Part shown: piece by piece, positions 1-10,356 of the stretch
Layout of the letters: each line of letters opens with the position of its first letter
How positions within the stretch are numbered: position 1 is the stretch's first letter
Assembly: GCA_963666515.2 (NCBI GenBank)
Contig: OY762897.2
Coordinates: 3,776,001-3,840,000, forward strand
DNA length: 64,000 bases
DNA from: Candidatus Binatia bacterium
GTDB taxonomy: Bacteria; Desulfobacterota; Binatia; UBA9968; JAJDTQ01
Direction: 5' to 3'
Position numbers and translations under genes: made by a program
Notes under the pieces: generated by a model
What the model was told of the DNA's origin: nothing
Seen by the model: the letters and a program-made list of their open reading frames with translations, nothing else
Database searches by the model: none

Positions 1-2203
1 GCGTCAGCCGGATCTCGAAGTGCCGCTTGCCGGCCGACAGGCTGTCCGATATCCCGAAGATCCCCGGCACCGCGGCCAGGGAGGCCCTCAGCTCGGCAGC
101 GGCGTTTTTCAACACCTCCGTGTCGGGGTGCTTCAACGCATACGAAACGGCCGGCTTGGGTTTTGCACGCGCGCTGTGGAACTCGACGGCTTCCAACTCC
201 GAAGTGTCGCCGACCTTCCGGCGCCATGCCCGCTCGATGTCCCTGGGCGAAGCGGTACGGATGGGACGCGGGTGGAGATGGATGCGCACCGAGGCCAGGT
301 GGCTTCGGTTGTTTCCGATGTCCGCGGTCCGAAAGGCCGCGAGATTGCCGGCGAAGACGGCAACGGACTTGATCGACATTCCGTCGAGATCATCGTTGAC
401 GGCCCGGGCCGCGTCCGCAAACCGCTCCGCCGCGGCCAGAGTCTTCTCGAAGGGCGCGCCAGCCGGCAGATGCAGGTCGGCCTGAATGCTGTCGGAAGCG
501 ATGGCGTCCTGGTCGATGATCACCACCCGGACGTTGCCGGACCGCAGGAGCAGCAAGCCGACGAGCACGGCCGCGGCTGCGACGGCCAGCGTCAGCCAGG
601 GATGCTGCACGGCCCGCACGACCGACGGCGCCACGATGGTGTCCCGGGCCCGGTCGATCAAGCCGTTCACCCACCTCTGGATGTCGCTCAACGGTGAGAG
701 GCTCCAGGGCTTCGGGCGCGACAGGTGCGCGGGCAGGATGAAGAAGGATTCGATGAGCGAGACCGAGAGCACGAAGAACGCCACGTAAGGAAAGACGTTG
801 GCGAGCTGGTAGTTGCCCGTGGTGACGAAGAGAAACGGCACGAAGGCGAGCATGGTGGTGGCCGCGCCCACCGTTATCGGGCCCACCATGATCCTTGCGC
901 CCGAAATCGCCGCCTCCAGCGCGCTCTTGCCGCTGTCGCGTTCCGCGGCGATGCTCTCGCCCACCACCACGGAGTCGTCCACGACGATGCCGATCAGCAG
1001 GAAGAAGGTGAAGATCGTCCCGATGTTCAGGGTCAGGTCCGCGGCCCCGAAGAACATCAGCGAGCCGATGAAGGACAGGGGTATGCCCACGGTGATCCAG
1101 GTTGCGACGCGAAGGTCGAACACGAGGACGAGGACGAGGAAAACCAGCAGCGCGCCGAGCACGCCGTTCCTGAGGATCTCCCACAACCGGTCCAGGGCGG
1201 GCGTCGCCCGGTCGTTCCAGACGCTGACCGTTATGTGGTCGGGCGCCTTGCGATCCGCCAGCCACTTCGCTATCGCGTCGCCGATCTCCACCACCGATTG
1301 GTGCTCGTGCGCGTTGACCCGAACGAACACAGCGGACTTGCCGTTGACCTGGGAGACCACGTCCTCGTCGACGAACCCGTCACGGACCGTCGCGACGTCG
1401 CCCAGCCTGACGATCGCGCCGCTGACCCGCGTGATCAGCGGAATGTCCTCGAACTCGGCGCCGGTGCTCCGCTTGGTGACGGTATGCAGCACCACGCCGC
1501 CCGCTTCGGTGCGCAGTTCGCCGAACGTTAGGTTGAGGGAGGCCCGTCTCACGATGCGGGATATCTGGGCGATGGACAGATTGTGCCGGCGCAACTCTTC
1601 CTCGCTCAACTCGATGGTGATCTCCCGGTCGCGGGTGCCCAGGAGCGTGACTTGGGAAACCGACGGCAGCGCCAGCAGCTCGTCGCGCACGTTTTCGGCG
1701 GCGAGGCGCAGCTCGTTCTCGGAAGCGCGGGACGATGAAACCGCCAGCGTCAAGACCTCCACGGCGATTCGGCGCAGCTCGACCTCGGGTTTCTCCGTGT
1801 TCGGCGGCGGGAAGTTCTCGATGCCGTCTACCGCGTTCTGAACATCGTCCAGGACGGCGTCGCCGTCGGCGAAGGCGGCCAACTCGACCGTCAGCCGGCC
1901 GAGGCCCTCGGTGGCGGTCCCGACGACACGTTCGACCCCCCTGAGCCCGACCACGGCTTCCTCGATGCGGCGGTTGATGTCTTCCTCGACCTCTTTCGGT
2001 GACGAGCCGGGCGCGGGCACCGTTATGGTGATGGTTCTGAGGTCGAAGTACGGGTAGAGTTGGACCGCGAGGTGCCGTCCGGCGATGACCCCGCCAATAA
2101 TCAGAAACAGAAGCAGCAGGTTGGCCGCGACGGGATTTCGGGCGAACCAGGCGATCAGTCCCCTGGTGGCGGCAGCTCCGGCTCCGGAGTCGGTGGTGCT
2201 CAT
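1..2203 (-). CDS. RND efflux transporter permease subunit (AcrB/AcrD/AcrF family), 3' end outside window
   Basis: Manual translation from ATG at 2203: MSTTDSGAGAAATRGLIAWFARNPVAANLLLLFLIIGG...VPAPGSSPKEVEEDINRRIEEAV, later GIVVDDSVVVGESI; directly downstream of an MFP gene. Absent from the ORF track because it runs off the window. Confidence 0.9.
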   Translation of the reverse strand, partial: MSTTDSGAGAAATRGLIAWFARNPVAANLLLLFLIIGGVIAGRHLAVQLYPYFDLRTITITVPAPGSSPKEVEEDINRRIEEAVVGLRGVERVVGTATEGLGRLTVELAAFADGDAVLDDVQNAVDGIENFPPPNTEKPEVELRRIAVEVLTLAVSSSRASENELRLAAENVRDELLALPSVSQVTLLGTRDREITIELSEEELRRHNLSIAQISRIVRRASLNLTFGELRTEAGGVVLHTVTKRSTGAEFEDIPLITRVSGAIVRLGDVATVRDGFVDEDVVSQVNGKSAVFVRVNAHEHQSVVEIGDAIAKWLADRKAPDHITVSVWNDRATPALDRLWEILRNGVLGALLVFLVLVLVFDLRVATWITVGIPLSFIGSLMFFGAADLTLNIGTIFTFFLLIGIVVDDSVVVGESIAAERDSGKSALEAAISGARIMVGPITVGAATTMLAFVPFLFVTTGNYQLANVFPYVAFFVLSVSLIESFFILPAHLSRPKPWSLSPLSDIQRWVNGLIDRARDTIVAPSVVRAVQHPWLTLAVAAAAVLVGLLLLRSGNVRVVIIDQDAIASDSIQADLHLPAGAPFEKTLAAAERFADAARAVNDDLDGMSIKSVAVFAGNLAAFRTADIGNNRSHLASVRIHLHPRPIRTASPRDIERAWRRKVGDTSELEAVEFHSARAKPKPAVSYALKHPDTEVLKNAAAELRASLAAVPGIFGISDSLSAGKRHFEIRLT

Positions 2204-2215
2204 GTCCCGGCTCCG

Positions 2216-3385
2216 TTACCTTGACGACGACGCGTCCGCCACCGTCACCGCCAGACCTTTTCTGGCTCCGGGCGGTGCGCCCACGACCACGCCCGCGCCC
2301 GCGTCGAACGCCTCCACGACCCAACCCGCGCCCGCGCGCCCGAGGGTCTTGGGCACGACGGACTTCAACGCGCCCTTGTCGACCACCCAGGCGCTGCCGC
2401 TTTCCTGCAGAACGGATTCTGGCAGCACGTACACGTTTTCATACGAAGGCCCCTCGATCCGGACTTCCGCGAACATGCCCGGCAGCGGCAGTGCCTCCTT
2501 TGGGACATCTTCCGAAAACTTGAGGAACAACCGGGCGAGGCGCGTGCTCGGGGCCACGACCGATGACACGCGCTCCACCGTCGCGTCGTACGCTCCCAAC
2601 TGGGTCCGGACGCGGGCCGAACGGCCGATCACCGGGGAGAGGTACTCCAGGTCCTTCGGGTCCACCGGCACTCTCACCCTGATCGCATCGGTTCGATACA
2701 CGGTGCCCAGCCTCGCCGCGCGGCCCGCCGATCTGGCGGGCCCTACGAACTCGCCCACCTCCAGCTCGGTGGCCAGCACGCGGCTGTCGTACGGCAGGGA
2801 AATTTTCGTCTGTTTCAGCCGTAGCTTCGCCAGCTTCAGCACCGCTTGCGCCTGCGCCAACTCGGCTTCCATTTCCGCTATCGACGGCAAGCGGCGCACC
2901 GAGTCGGACACCTCGGCGCCCGGGTTCGCGCGCAAGAATGCCTTCGCGTCCTCTTCGCCGCCGGCCTTCTCGACCCACACCCGGGCTTCCGCGGCCTTCA
3001 CCGCCATCGTCGCCCTTTCCACCCGAAGCTCGTGCTCGGCGGTATCGATCCTGATGAACGTCTCGTTGGCCGGTATCGATCCGCCGTTGCTGAACTTCGG
3101 TGAAATCCACACCACGCGACCCGCCACCTCGGACACTACCCGCGCCCGCTCTTCCACCCGGACGGAACCCGTCAACCGGACGGTAAGCGCTTGGCTGGTC
3201 GGCTTGGGCTTGATCACGCTGACGGCGGGTTTGCCTTTCTCAGCGGTCAGGTCGGGCGCGGCGTCGAGGGCCACGCGATCAGGCGCGCGCGCGAAGTAGA
3301 GAGCGATTACGATTACGAGGAGTATTGCGGCCAATTGAACGACGCCGAGCCATCGAGGCCGATCGGATGCATTTCCTTGTGCCAT
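2216..3385 (-). CDS. RND efflux periplasmic adaptor (membrane fusion protein)
   Basis: N-terminal TM, SEVAGRVVWIS lipoyl half-motif, coiled coil, TKISLPYD, PLPGMFAEVRI; adjacent to RND permease. Confidence 0.9.
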   Translation of the reverse strand: MAQGNASDRPRWLGVVQLAAILLVIVIALYFARAPDRVALDAAPDLTAEKGKPAVSVIKPKPTSQALTVRLTGSVRVEERARVVSEVAGRVVWISPKFSNGGSIPANETFIRIDTAEHELRVERATMAVKAAEARVWVEKAGGEEDAKAFLRANPGAEVSDSVRRLPSIAEMEAELAQAQAVLKLAKLRLKQTKISLPYDSRVLATELEVGEFVGPARSAGRAARLGTVYRTDAIRVRVPVDPKDLEYLSPVIGRSARVRTQLGAYDATVERVSSVVAPSTRLARLFLKFSEDVPKEALPLPGMFAEVRIEGPSYENVYVLPESVLQESGSAWVVDKGALKSVVPKTLGRAGAGWVVEAFDAGAGVVVGAPPGARKGLAVTVADASSSR

Positions 3386-3431
3386 CTCTTATCTCCACCA
3401 TCTATGAAGATTGTACATTCAATCGTACCTT

Positions 3432-3450
3432 CACAATATCATACATTGTG
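3432..3450. promoter_or_regulatory. Possible operator: inverted repeat CACAAT-N7-ATTGTG in an AT-rich divergent intergenic region
   Basis: Perfect 6-bp arms between the divergent MFP and XDH genes; regulator unknown. Confidence 0.3.
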
Positions 3451-3504
3451 GCAATGGTAAGGTCGGCGGTGTTAGGTTGAGGATACGGAGGACAACGAAG
3501 AACA

Positions 3505-5790
3505 ATGCCGCAATCAAGGTTCCAGCACGTCGGCCGGGATGTTCCCCGGGTGGACGGCGTCGACAAGGTGACGGGGCGGGCAAAGTACACCGGCGACGTC
3601 GTGCTGCCCGGGATGCTCGAAGGGCGCATCCTGCGAAGCCCGTTGCCGCACGCGCGCATCCGGGCCATCGACACGTCGCGGGCGGAGGCCCTTGACGGCG
3701 TGCGCGCGGTGGTCACCGCGAGCGACCTTTCGGGTCTGGATCCCTTCTACAACGGCCGTCCGGTGGTGGCCCTGGAGAAGGTGCGCTACGTAGGCGAGCC
3801 GGTGGCCGCGGTGGCCGCGGAGGACGAGCACACCGCCGAGGCGGCCCTCGCCCTCATCGACGTGGACTACGAGGAGCTGCCTTCGGCGCTGGGCATGGCC
3901 GCGGCGCTGGCGCCGGGGGCGCCGCTGATCCACGACGAGGCGCCCGGCAACGTGTGCGCCCATGAACGGGTGGAGCAGGGCGACGTGGAACAGGGCTTTG
4001 CCGCCTCGGACCGGGTCTTCGAGGCGCGGTACACGTTCCCCAGCGTCTACCACTACAGCATGGAGCCCCACGGCGCGGTGGCCCGTTGGGGCGCGGACCG
4101 CATCGACCTGTGGTCGTCGGCGCAGCACCCGTTCCTCGTGCAGGGGGACATCGCGCGCATCTTCGGCGTCGCCCGCTCCCAAGTGCGGCTGCAAGTTTCT
4201 TTCCTGGGCGGCGGTTTCGGCGGCAAGTCCTACAGCAAGTTCGAGCCCCTGGTGGTGCTGCTGTCGCGCAAGGCGGGCCGACCGGTGCGGCTGTGCCTGT
4301 CGGTCCCCGAGGCCATGGTCACGGTGCGGCGGCACGGCGCCGCGGTGAAGCTCAAGACCGGGGTGATGAACGACGGCGCCCTGGTGGCCCGGCAGGCGGA
4401 GATACACCTCGACACCGGCGCCTTCACCGAGAACACCCGCATGGTGGCGCAACTCGCCGCCACCCGGGTGCTTGGACCCTACCGGATTCCGCATCTCAGG
4501 AGCGACGTCTACTCCGTCCACACCAACGCCGGCTCCGCTGGCTCGTTCCGCTCGGTGGCCGCGCCCCAGACGATCTTCGCCTGCGAGTCACAGATGGACG
4601 AGATCGCCGCGGAGTTGGGCATGGACCCGGTGGAATTGCGCGACCGGAACCTGCTCAAGAAGGGCGAGAGGCTCCAGCCGAAGCTCCGGCCCGTGGACGT
4701 GGACCTGCATTCGAGTCTCCGGCGGCTTGTCACGGGCGCCCGCTGGCGTCGTCGCGCCGGCCGCGGGAAAGTCGCCGGGAAGGGTGGTGCGAACGGCGCT
4801 GGAACGGGCGGCGGAACCGAGACTCGCGGACGCGAGCCCGGCGGCCCGCCCCTGGGCATGGCCTGCGGCTCCACCAACGCCGGCGGCGTGTTGCCGGTGT
4901 CCGTGGCGCTGGTGCGGCTAGGCGCCGACGGCTACGTGTCGATCCTGGCGGGCAGCACGGAGATGGGCCAAGGTGTCAGGACGACGTTCACACAGATCGT
5001 CGCCGAGGAGTTGGCGCTGTCGCGCGAGCGGGTCCAAGTCGTGCCCGTTGACACCACCGTCACGCCCTATGACCACTCCACCGGCGCCAGCCGCTCCACC
5101 ACGGTCATGGGCCGGGCGGTCCAGGCCGCGGCCCGGGACCTCAAGCGGCAGTTGCGCGCCATCGCGGCCAAGGCCTTCGGGGTCACGGCCGGGAAAGTGA
5201 AGGTGTCCGAAGGGCGGCTCGTCGCCGGCGAACAGGCCATGTCATTCACCGACGCCCTTGCTCACCGTTTCGGCGCCGTCGCCGGCGAGATCGTCGGGCG
5301 CGGCACCATGGGCCCCGAGATGGTGGCATGGAAGACGCCGGTGCTCTGGGAAGTGGGCATGGGGGTCGCCGAGCTGGACATCGACCGCGACACCGGCGCG
5401 TTGAAACTGGTCAGCTACGTTTCCGCGGCCGACGTCGGCAAGGCCATCCATCCCCAGCACTGCATCGGACAGGAGGAGGGCGCGGCCATGATGGGCATCG
5501 GCCACACCTTCATGGAGCAGATGGTGCACGACGAGAACCAGTTGCTCAATCCCAACCTGGTCGATTACCGCGTGCCCAAGTTCGAGGACCTGCCAGCGGA
5601 GTATCACACGTACCTGGTGGAGAACCGGGACGGCATCGGCCCCTACGGCAGCCGCGGCATGGGCGAGGGCGGCATCTTCTCCGTGGCGCCGTCAGTGGTC
5701 AGCGCCCTGGCCCGGGCCACCGGCGTGCGCATTCGCGACTTGCCGCTGACACCGGAACGGGTGTGGCGGGCGCTCAGGGACGAGGGGTGA
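3505..5790 (+). CDS. Xanthine dehydrogenase family molybdopterin-binding (large) subunit
   Basis: KVTGRAKYTGD, RSPLPHARI, VRYVGEPVAAV, LGGGFGGK, TEMGQG, GMGEGG (catalytic Glu), LPLTPERV. Confidence 0.93.
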   Translation: MPQSRFQHVGRDVPRVDGVDKVTGRAKYTGDVVLPGMLEGRILRSPLPHARIRAIDTSRAEALDGVRAVVTASDLSGLDPFYNGRPVVALEKVRYVGEPVAAVAAEDEHTAEAALALIDVDYEELPSALGMAAALAPGAPLIHDEAPGNVCAHERVEQGDVEQGFAASDRVFEARYTFPSVYHYSMEPHGAVARWGADRIDLWSSAQHPFLVQGDIARIFGVARSQVRLQVSFLGGGFGGKSYSKFEPLVVLLSRKAGRPVRLCLSVPEAMVTVRRHGAAVKLKTGVMNDGALVARQAEIHLDTGAFTENTRMVAQLAATRVLGPYRIPHLRSDVYSVHTNAGSAGSFRSVAAPQTIFACESQMDEIAAELGMDPVELRDRNLLKKGERLQPKLRPVDVDLHSSLRRLVTGARWRRRAGRGKVAGKGGANGAGTGGGTETRGREPGGPPLGMACGSTNAGGVLPVSVALVRLGADGYVSILAGSTEMGQGVRTTFTQIVAEELALSRERVQVVPVDTTVTPYDHSTGASRSTTVMGRAVQAAARDLKRQLRAIAAKAFGVTAGKVKVSEGRLVAGEQAMSFTDALAHRFGAVAGEIVGRGTMGPEMVAWKTPVLWEVGMGVAELDIDRDTGALKLVSYVSAADVGKAIHPQHCIGQEEGAAMMGIGHTFMEQMVHDENQLLNPNLVDYRVPKFEDLPAEYHTYLVENRDGIGPYGSRGMGEGGIFSVAPSVVSALARATGVRIRDLPLTPERVWRALRDEG

Positions 5791-6163
5791 GGGGGCGGAT
5801 CTTCTCCTCGAGCCAGGAGTGCAATTCAGTGAACCGGAACGAGCCGGTCTCGAAGAGGTGCATGAAGAAAGCGTATGCTTCCTCGTTGTCGCAGTCGATG
5901 AATCGACCATTCATGCGCAGGAAGGTGTCGGTGACAAAGAACGCGATCCGTTTGTTACCGTCCACGAACGCGTGATTGTTGGCCAGGCTCTCCATGAGCG
6001 CCGCCGCTTCCTGGATGAATGTGTCGTAGTACCCAAGTTGGGGTCGCATGAGCGCGGCGGCCAAGGCCCCCTCGTCACGGATACCCATGGTCCCGCCGAA
6101 TTCGTTGATCAGGGCGTCGTGCATGGCGATGACTTCCTGGATGGTAGGGAAGTCATGATTCAT
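5774..6163 (-). CDS. Fic/Doc (death-on-curing) family toxin
   Basis: GIRDEGALAAAL and HAFVDGNKR Fic/Doc motif. Confidence 0.9.
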   Translation of the reverse strand: MNHDFPTIQEVIAMHDALINEFGGTMGIRDEGALAAALMRPQLGYYDTFIQEAAALMESLANNHAFVDGNKRIAFFVTDTFLRMNGRFIDCDNEEAYAFFMHLFETGSFRFTELHSWLEEKIRPLTPRP

Positions 6164-6387
6164 TTGGCCAGCAACTCGCCCAGGCGACGGTTTCTTTCCA
6201 CGCTGGCCTGGAAATGGGCCATGACGGCGGAGCGAGGCTTGTCGCGAGAGCGGTTTTCGACGTACTCCCGCAACGCATCCTCCAGAACGGCCTGAAAGTG
6301 CCGCCCTTCCTTCTGCGCGATCTCACGAATCGTCGCCAGCAGTTCCTGGGGCGCCTGACTGGAGAATTTTTCGCGTGGCATCCGCAT
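6160..6387 (-). CDS. Putative antitoxin (ribbon-helix-helix-like) of the Doc toxin
   Basis: 75 aa, KFSSQAP...VLEDALREY, C-terminal RRLGELLAK; ATGA overlap with toxin start. Confidence 0.75.
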   Translation of the reverse strand: MRMPREKFSSQAPQELLATIREIAQKEGRHFQAVLEDALREYVENRSRDKPRSAVMAHFQASVERNRRLGELLAK

Positions 6388-6471
6388 GACCGCTCCCTAT
6401 CTGCCCTATTATGTATGCGGCGGTGGCGGCCTGTCAAGAAATGACCTGACAGAGATGGATGCGCTCTCGGC

Positions 6472-8802
6472 TCACAGAGGTGGCGTCGACGAGCCGTCGT
6501 TGCGGGCGCGGAGCCAAGCGCGGATGCGGTCGGGGCTGAGGGGGAGGTCCTTGACCTCGATGCCGAGGGCGTTGCTGACGGCGTTGCCCAGGGCGCCGGC
6601 GGTGCCGACGATGCCGCCTTCTCCGGCGCCCTTGACGCCCAGGGGGTTGTAGGGTGAAGGCGCCTCTTCCAGCACCAAGTCGTCGATGGGGGGGACGTCG
6701 GTGCTGGTGGGCAGCAGGTAGTCCAGGAACGTGGTGGTGAGGAGCTGGCCGCCCTCGCCGTACACGAGTTCCTCCAGCACCACGCCGCCGATGCCCTGCA
6801 CCGCGGCGCCGACCGTCTGGCCGTGCACCATCAGCGGGTTGACCATCCGGCCCACGTCTTCCACCACCAGGTACTTGAGCACCTCCAGCATGCCGGTCTC
6901 GGGATCCACGGCCACCTGGGCCAGGTGCACGCCGTAGGTGTGGGTGATGTTGTCGGAGTTGTAGTAGGCGGTGGCCTCCAGTTCGGGGACGCCCTGCTCG
7001 GGGATGATGGACTCCCGCATGTGCGCTACCAGTTCGCCCAGTGGCAAAGCCGGCGCCTCGGTGCCCGGCTGGACGATGTTGCCGTCCTCCAGCGACAGGC
7101 TCGCCGCGTCCGCGTCCAGGTGCCGGGCCGCCGCCGCCAGGATCTTATCCTTGAGCTGCAGCGCGGTGATGTGCACGGCGTTCCCCGCCATCACGGTGCC
7201 GCGGCTGGCAAAGGTGCCCCAGCCGAAGGGCGAGAGGTCGGTGTTGCCGTGGAACACGGAAATGGCGTCCATGGGAACGCCCAGGGCGTCGGCGCAGATC
7301 TGTGCCATGGCGGTCTCGTGTCCCTGGCCGAGTTGGGCGATGCTCAGGAACACGGTGACCCCGCCGCCTTCGCCCACCACCATGCGGGCGCCTTCGTAGG
7401 GCTCCAGCCCACCGGTGTTCTTGACGAAGTACGAAAGGCCGACGCCGTGGTAGCGGCCGTCCTCCCGGAGCCCCTGACGCCCCAGCATCTCGTCGTAGTC
7501 AAACCGTTCCAGGGCCTGCCTGAGGGCGCTCGGATAGTCGCCGCTGTCGAGGATGGTGGGGTGCTTGCTGGGCCGGGTGAAGCCGATCTCGTACGGGATC
7601 TCCTCCGGCTTGACCAAGTTCTTCCGCCGCAGTTCCACCGGATCCAGGTCCAGGTCCCGGGCCATCATGTCCAGCATGCGCTCGCGGTAGAAGCACGACT
7701 CCACCCGTCCGGGAGCCCGCAGCGTGCCCATGCCGGTCTTGTTGGTCATGATGCAGTGGATCCTGGCCTCGTAGTTTGGGATGCGATACGGTCCGGTCAG
7801 CAAGGCCGCGGTGGAGCAGGGCACCAGCCCGCCGTGGGTGCGCACGTAGGCGCCCATGTCGCCGAAGATTTGCGCCCGAACCGCCAGCAGCGTGCCATCC
7901 TTGCGCGCCGCGATCTCCAGCTCGCAGGTTACCTGTCGCGAGTGGTTGGCCGCCAGCAGGTGCTCGCGCCGGTCTTCGATCCATTTCACCGGAACGCCGA
8001 GCCGCACGGTGGCGAAGGGAATCAGGAAGTCCTCGGGATACAGCTCGCCGCGGATGCCGAAGCCGCCGCCCACGTCGTTCTCCTCGAAGTGGCACTTGTG
8101 CTCGGGCAGTTGCAGGAAGGCGGCGATGGTCTGGCGGTTCAGGTGCGGCAGCTTGGTGGCGCCGTAGACCCGAAGCTCGCCCTTGCCCCGGTCGAAGTGG
8201 GCCAGGATGCCGCGAGTCTCCATCGGGTTGCCGGTGAAGCGGTGTACCCGGAACTCCTCCCGGCGGGTGTAGTCGGCTTCCTCGAACGCCTTGTCGGCGT
8301 CGCCGATGTTGACGTGGTGGACGCCGGCCAGGTTGGTGCCGTTGTCTTCGTGCACCAGCACCTTGTCCTCCAGCGCCTCGCGCACGTCCATCACTTCCTG
8401 GAGCACCTCGTAGTCGACGTCGATGGCGTCCAGGGCGTCCTCGGCCAGGTAACGGCTCTCCGCCACGGCCACGGCCACGGGCTCGCCCACGTAGCGCACC
8501 ACGTCACGCGCCAGCGACGGCTGAAGGTACTTGTCGAGGCCCGGAATCTTGTACATGCGGATGGGCACGGTGGCGTCCAGCTCGCCGATGTCCTTGAGCG
8601 TGAACACCGAGACGACACCGGGCAGGGCCTCGGCCCGCTTGGTGTCAATGTTCAGAATGCGTGCGTGAGCGTGGGGGCTGCGAAGGATGGCGGCATGGAC
8701 CATGTGGGGCAGCTTGATGTCGTCCACGTAGGTGCCCGCGCCGGTAATGAACCGCACGTCCTCGCGCCGCCTGATGGGAGCGCCGATGTATGATTCCGCC
8801 AT
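6472..8802 (-). CDS. Molybdenum hydroxylase large subunit (CoxL/XdhA-like, substrate unknown)
   Basis: RREDVRFITGAGTYVDD, DVGGGFG, KWIEDRREH, GQGHET, GVKGAGEGG; active-site loop TLRAPGR. Confidence 0.92.
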   Translation of the reverse strand: MAESYIGAPIRRREDVRFITGAGTYVDDIKLPHMVHAAILRSPHAHARILNIDTKRAEALPGVVSVFTLKDIGELDATVPIRMYKIPGLDKYLQPSLARDVVRYVGEPVAVAVAESRYLAEDALDAIDVDYEVLQEVMDVREALEDKVLVHEDNGTNLAGVHHVNIGDADKAFEEADYTRREEFRVHRFTGNPMETRGILAHFDRGKGELRVYGATKLPHLNRQTIAAFLQLPEHKCHFEENDVGGGFGIRGELYPEDFLIPFATVRLGVPVKWIEDRREHLLAANHSRQVTCELEIAARKDGTLLAVRAQIFGDMGAYVRTHGGLVPCSTAALLTGPYRIPNYEARIHCIMTNKTGMGTLRAPGRVESCFYRERMLDMMARDLDLDPVELRRKNLVKPEEIPYEIGFTRPSKHPTILDSGDYPSALRQALERFDYDEMLGRQGLREDGRYHGVGLSYFVKNTGGLEPYEGARMVVGEGGGVTVFLSIAQLGQGHETAMAQICADALGVPMDAISVFHGNTDLSPFGWGTFASRGTVMAGNAVHITALQLKDKILAAAARHLDADAASLSLEDGNIVQPGTEAPALPLGELVAHMRESIIPEQGVPELEATAYYNSDNITHTYGVHLAQVAVDPETGMLEVLKYLVVEDVGRMVNPLMVHGQTVGAAVQGIGGVVLEELVYGEGGQLLTTTFLDYLLPTSTDVPPIDDLVLEEAPSPYNPLGVKGAGEGGIVGTAGALGNAVSNALGIEVKDLPLSPDRIRAWLRARNDGSSTPPL

Positions 8803-8830
8803 TTCAGGGAGCCTCTCGTTCGGGAGAGTA

Positions 8831-8858
8831 CGTCATTCCGGCGAAAGCCGGAATCCAG
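8831..8858. repeat. Palindromic repeat family A, single arm (CGTCATTCCGGCGAAAGCCGGAATCCAG)
   Basis: Identical to the arms at 18906, 28091, 47434, 50034 and 51669. Confidence 0.9.
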
Positions 8859-8866
8859 TCAGATGG

Positions 8867-9355
8867 TCAATCCTTGTCCGTGCCGCCCACCTCCGGGGCC
8901 GCCTGGGCGATGGCCTCGATGATGGGTTGGTAGCCGGTGCAGCGGCAGATGTTGCCGGAGATGGCCTCGCGGATCTCGGCATCGTTGGGGCTGGGGTTTT
9001 CCTTGAGGAAGGCGGACGCGGTCATGAGGAACCCCGGGGTGCAGAAACCGCATTGGAGCGCATGGCGATCCTGGAACGCCGCCTGCAAGGGATGCAATTG
9101 GTCGCCGTCCGCCAGCCCCTCCACCGTCTCCAGGGTCGCCCCCTCCGCCTGAACCGCCAGCAGCAGGCACGAGCGCACCGCCTCGCCGTTCATGATCACG
9201 GTGCAGGCGCCGCACACGCCGTGCTCGCAGCCCAGGTGGGTGCCGGTGAGGTCCAGCTCGTTACGGAGGAAATCGGCCAGCGTCATGCGCACTTCCACGA
9301 GCTTCTCGTAGGCCTTGCCGTTGACCGTCAGGTTGAGGATGCTCTTGGTGCTCAT
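8867..9355 (-). CDS. (2Fe-2S)-binding small subunit (CoxS/XdhC-like)
   Basis: Start MSTKSILNL at 9355; GCEHGVCGACT, QCGFCTPG, NICRCTGY. Confidence 0.93.
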   Translation of the reverse strand: MSTKSILNLTVNGKAYEKLVEVRMTLADFLRNELDLTGTHLGCEHGVCGACTVIMNGEAVRSCLLLAVQAEGATLETVEGLADGDQLHPLQAAFQDRHALQCGFCTPGFLMTASAFLKENPSPNDAEIREAISGNICRCTGYQPIIEAIAQAAPEVGGTDKD

Positions 9356-10236
9356 GACGCGCCGTCCTCTCCGTTGGCCCGGGCCGAGGCCGCGCGGAGC
9401 GCGCGCCGGGTGAGCACGCCGCCCACCTCCTTGCGGTACAGCGCGGATGCGTGGATGTCCGAGTCGGGCTCCAGTTCCTCGAAGACGATTCGCTCCACGT
9501 CCTTGAGTGTGGCATCGTCCAGGGCGGCGCCCTTCAAGCGCTGCTCGGCCTTCTCCACCCGGACGGGCCGGCCGCCCACGCCGAACAGCGTGATGCGGGC
9601 GTCCTCGCAGGCGTCCCCGTTCATGTCCGCCCACAGCGCCACCCCCACCATGGCGAAGTCGCCCTTGCGGCGGGACACCTCGTCGATGGCCCACAGGCGG
9701 CCCGCTTTCCAGGCCGGCAGGCGTACCTCGGTCAGCACCTCGTTGGCCTCGACGGCCGTGGCCATGTAGCCCAGGTAGAGATCTTCCGCGCTCACCACCC
9801 GCTCACCGGCTGCGCTGGCGAGCACGAACTCCGCGCCCAGCGCCACGGATACCGCCGGCAGCTCCGCGGCCGGATCGGCGTGGACAAGGCTGCCGCCCAC
9901 CGTGCCGCGGTTGCGTATCTGGAAGTGGCCGATCAGGGGCACGGCCGCGGCCAGCAGAGGGTTCCGTGCCGGCAGGCCGGCGTCCCGCTCCAGCGCCCGC
10001 TGGCGCGTCAACGCCCCTATACTGAGGCCGCCGTCGCCGCTGGCGGCCACGCGGTCCATGCCGGGCACCCGGTTCAGGTCCACGATAACCGCGGGACGCG
10101 CCAGCCGCAGGCTCATGAGCGGCATCAGGCTCTGTCCGCCGGCGAGGATCTTGCCGTCGTCGCCGTGCTCATCGAGCAGGCGGACCGCCTCGTCGAGACT
10201 TTCCGGGCAGTAGTAGGAAAAAGGTGCGGGTTTCAT
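9352..10236 (-). CDS. FAD-binding medium subunit (CoxM/XdhB-like)
   Basis: MKPAPFSY, LAGGQSL, QIRNRGTVGGSL, ADPAAE, RRKGDFA. Confidence 0.93.
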   Translation of the reverse strand: MKPAPFSYYCPESLDEAVRLLDEHGDDGKILAGGQSLMPLMSLRLARPAVIVDLNRVPGMDRVAASGDGGLSIGALTRQRALERDAGLPARNPLLAAAVPLIGHFQIRNRGTVGGSLVHADPAAELPAVSVALGAEFVLASAAGERVVSAEDLYLGYMATAVEANEVLTEVRLPAWKAGRLWAIDEVSRRKGDFAMVGVALWADMNGDACEDARITLFGVGGRPVRVEKAEQRLKGAALDDATLKDVERIVFEELEPDSDIHASALYRKEVGGVLTRRALRAASARANGEDGAS

Positions 10237-10356
10237 GAGGATGGAGATGCTTTCACGGGGACCTAGCCAATTAGCCCGGGCTTGTCAAGAACGCGGGAAC
10301 GCTCCCGGTTGGGTTCTTTCGCTTTGCCGCGACATGGCATAGTATGGAGCCTCGCC

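Noticed and set aside
6472-10236. Aerobic CO dehydrogenase (coxMSL)
   Set aside because: Active-site loop is TLRAPGR, not AYxCSFR or AYxGAGR, and no coxDEFG accessory genes are present.
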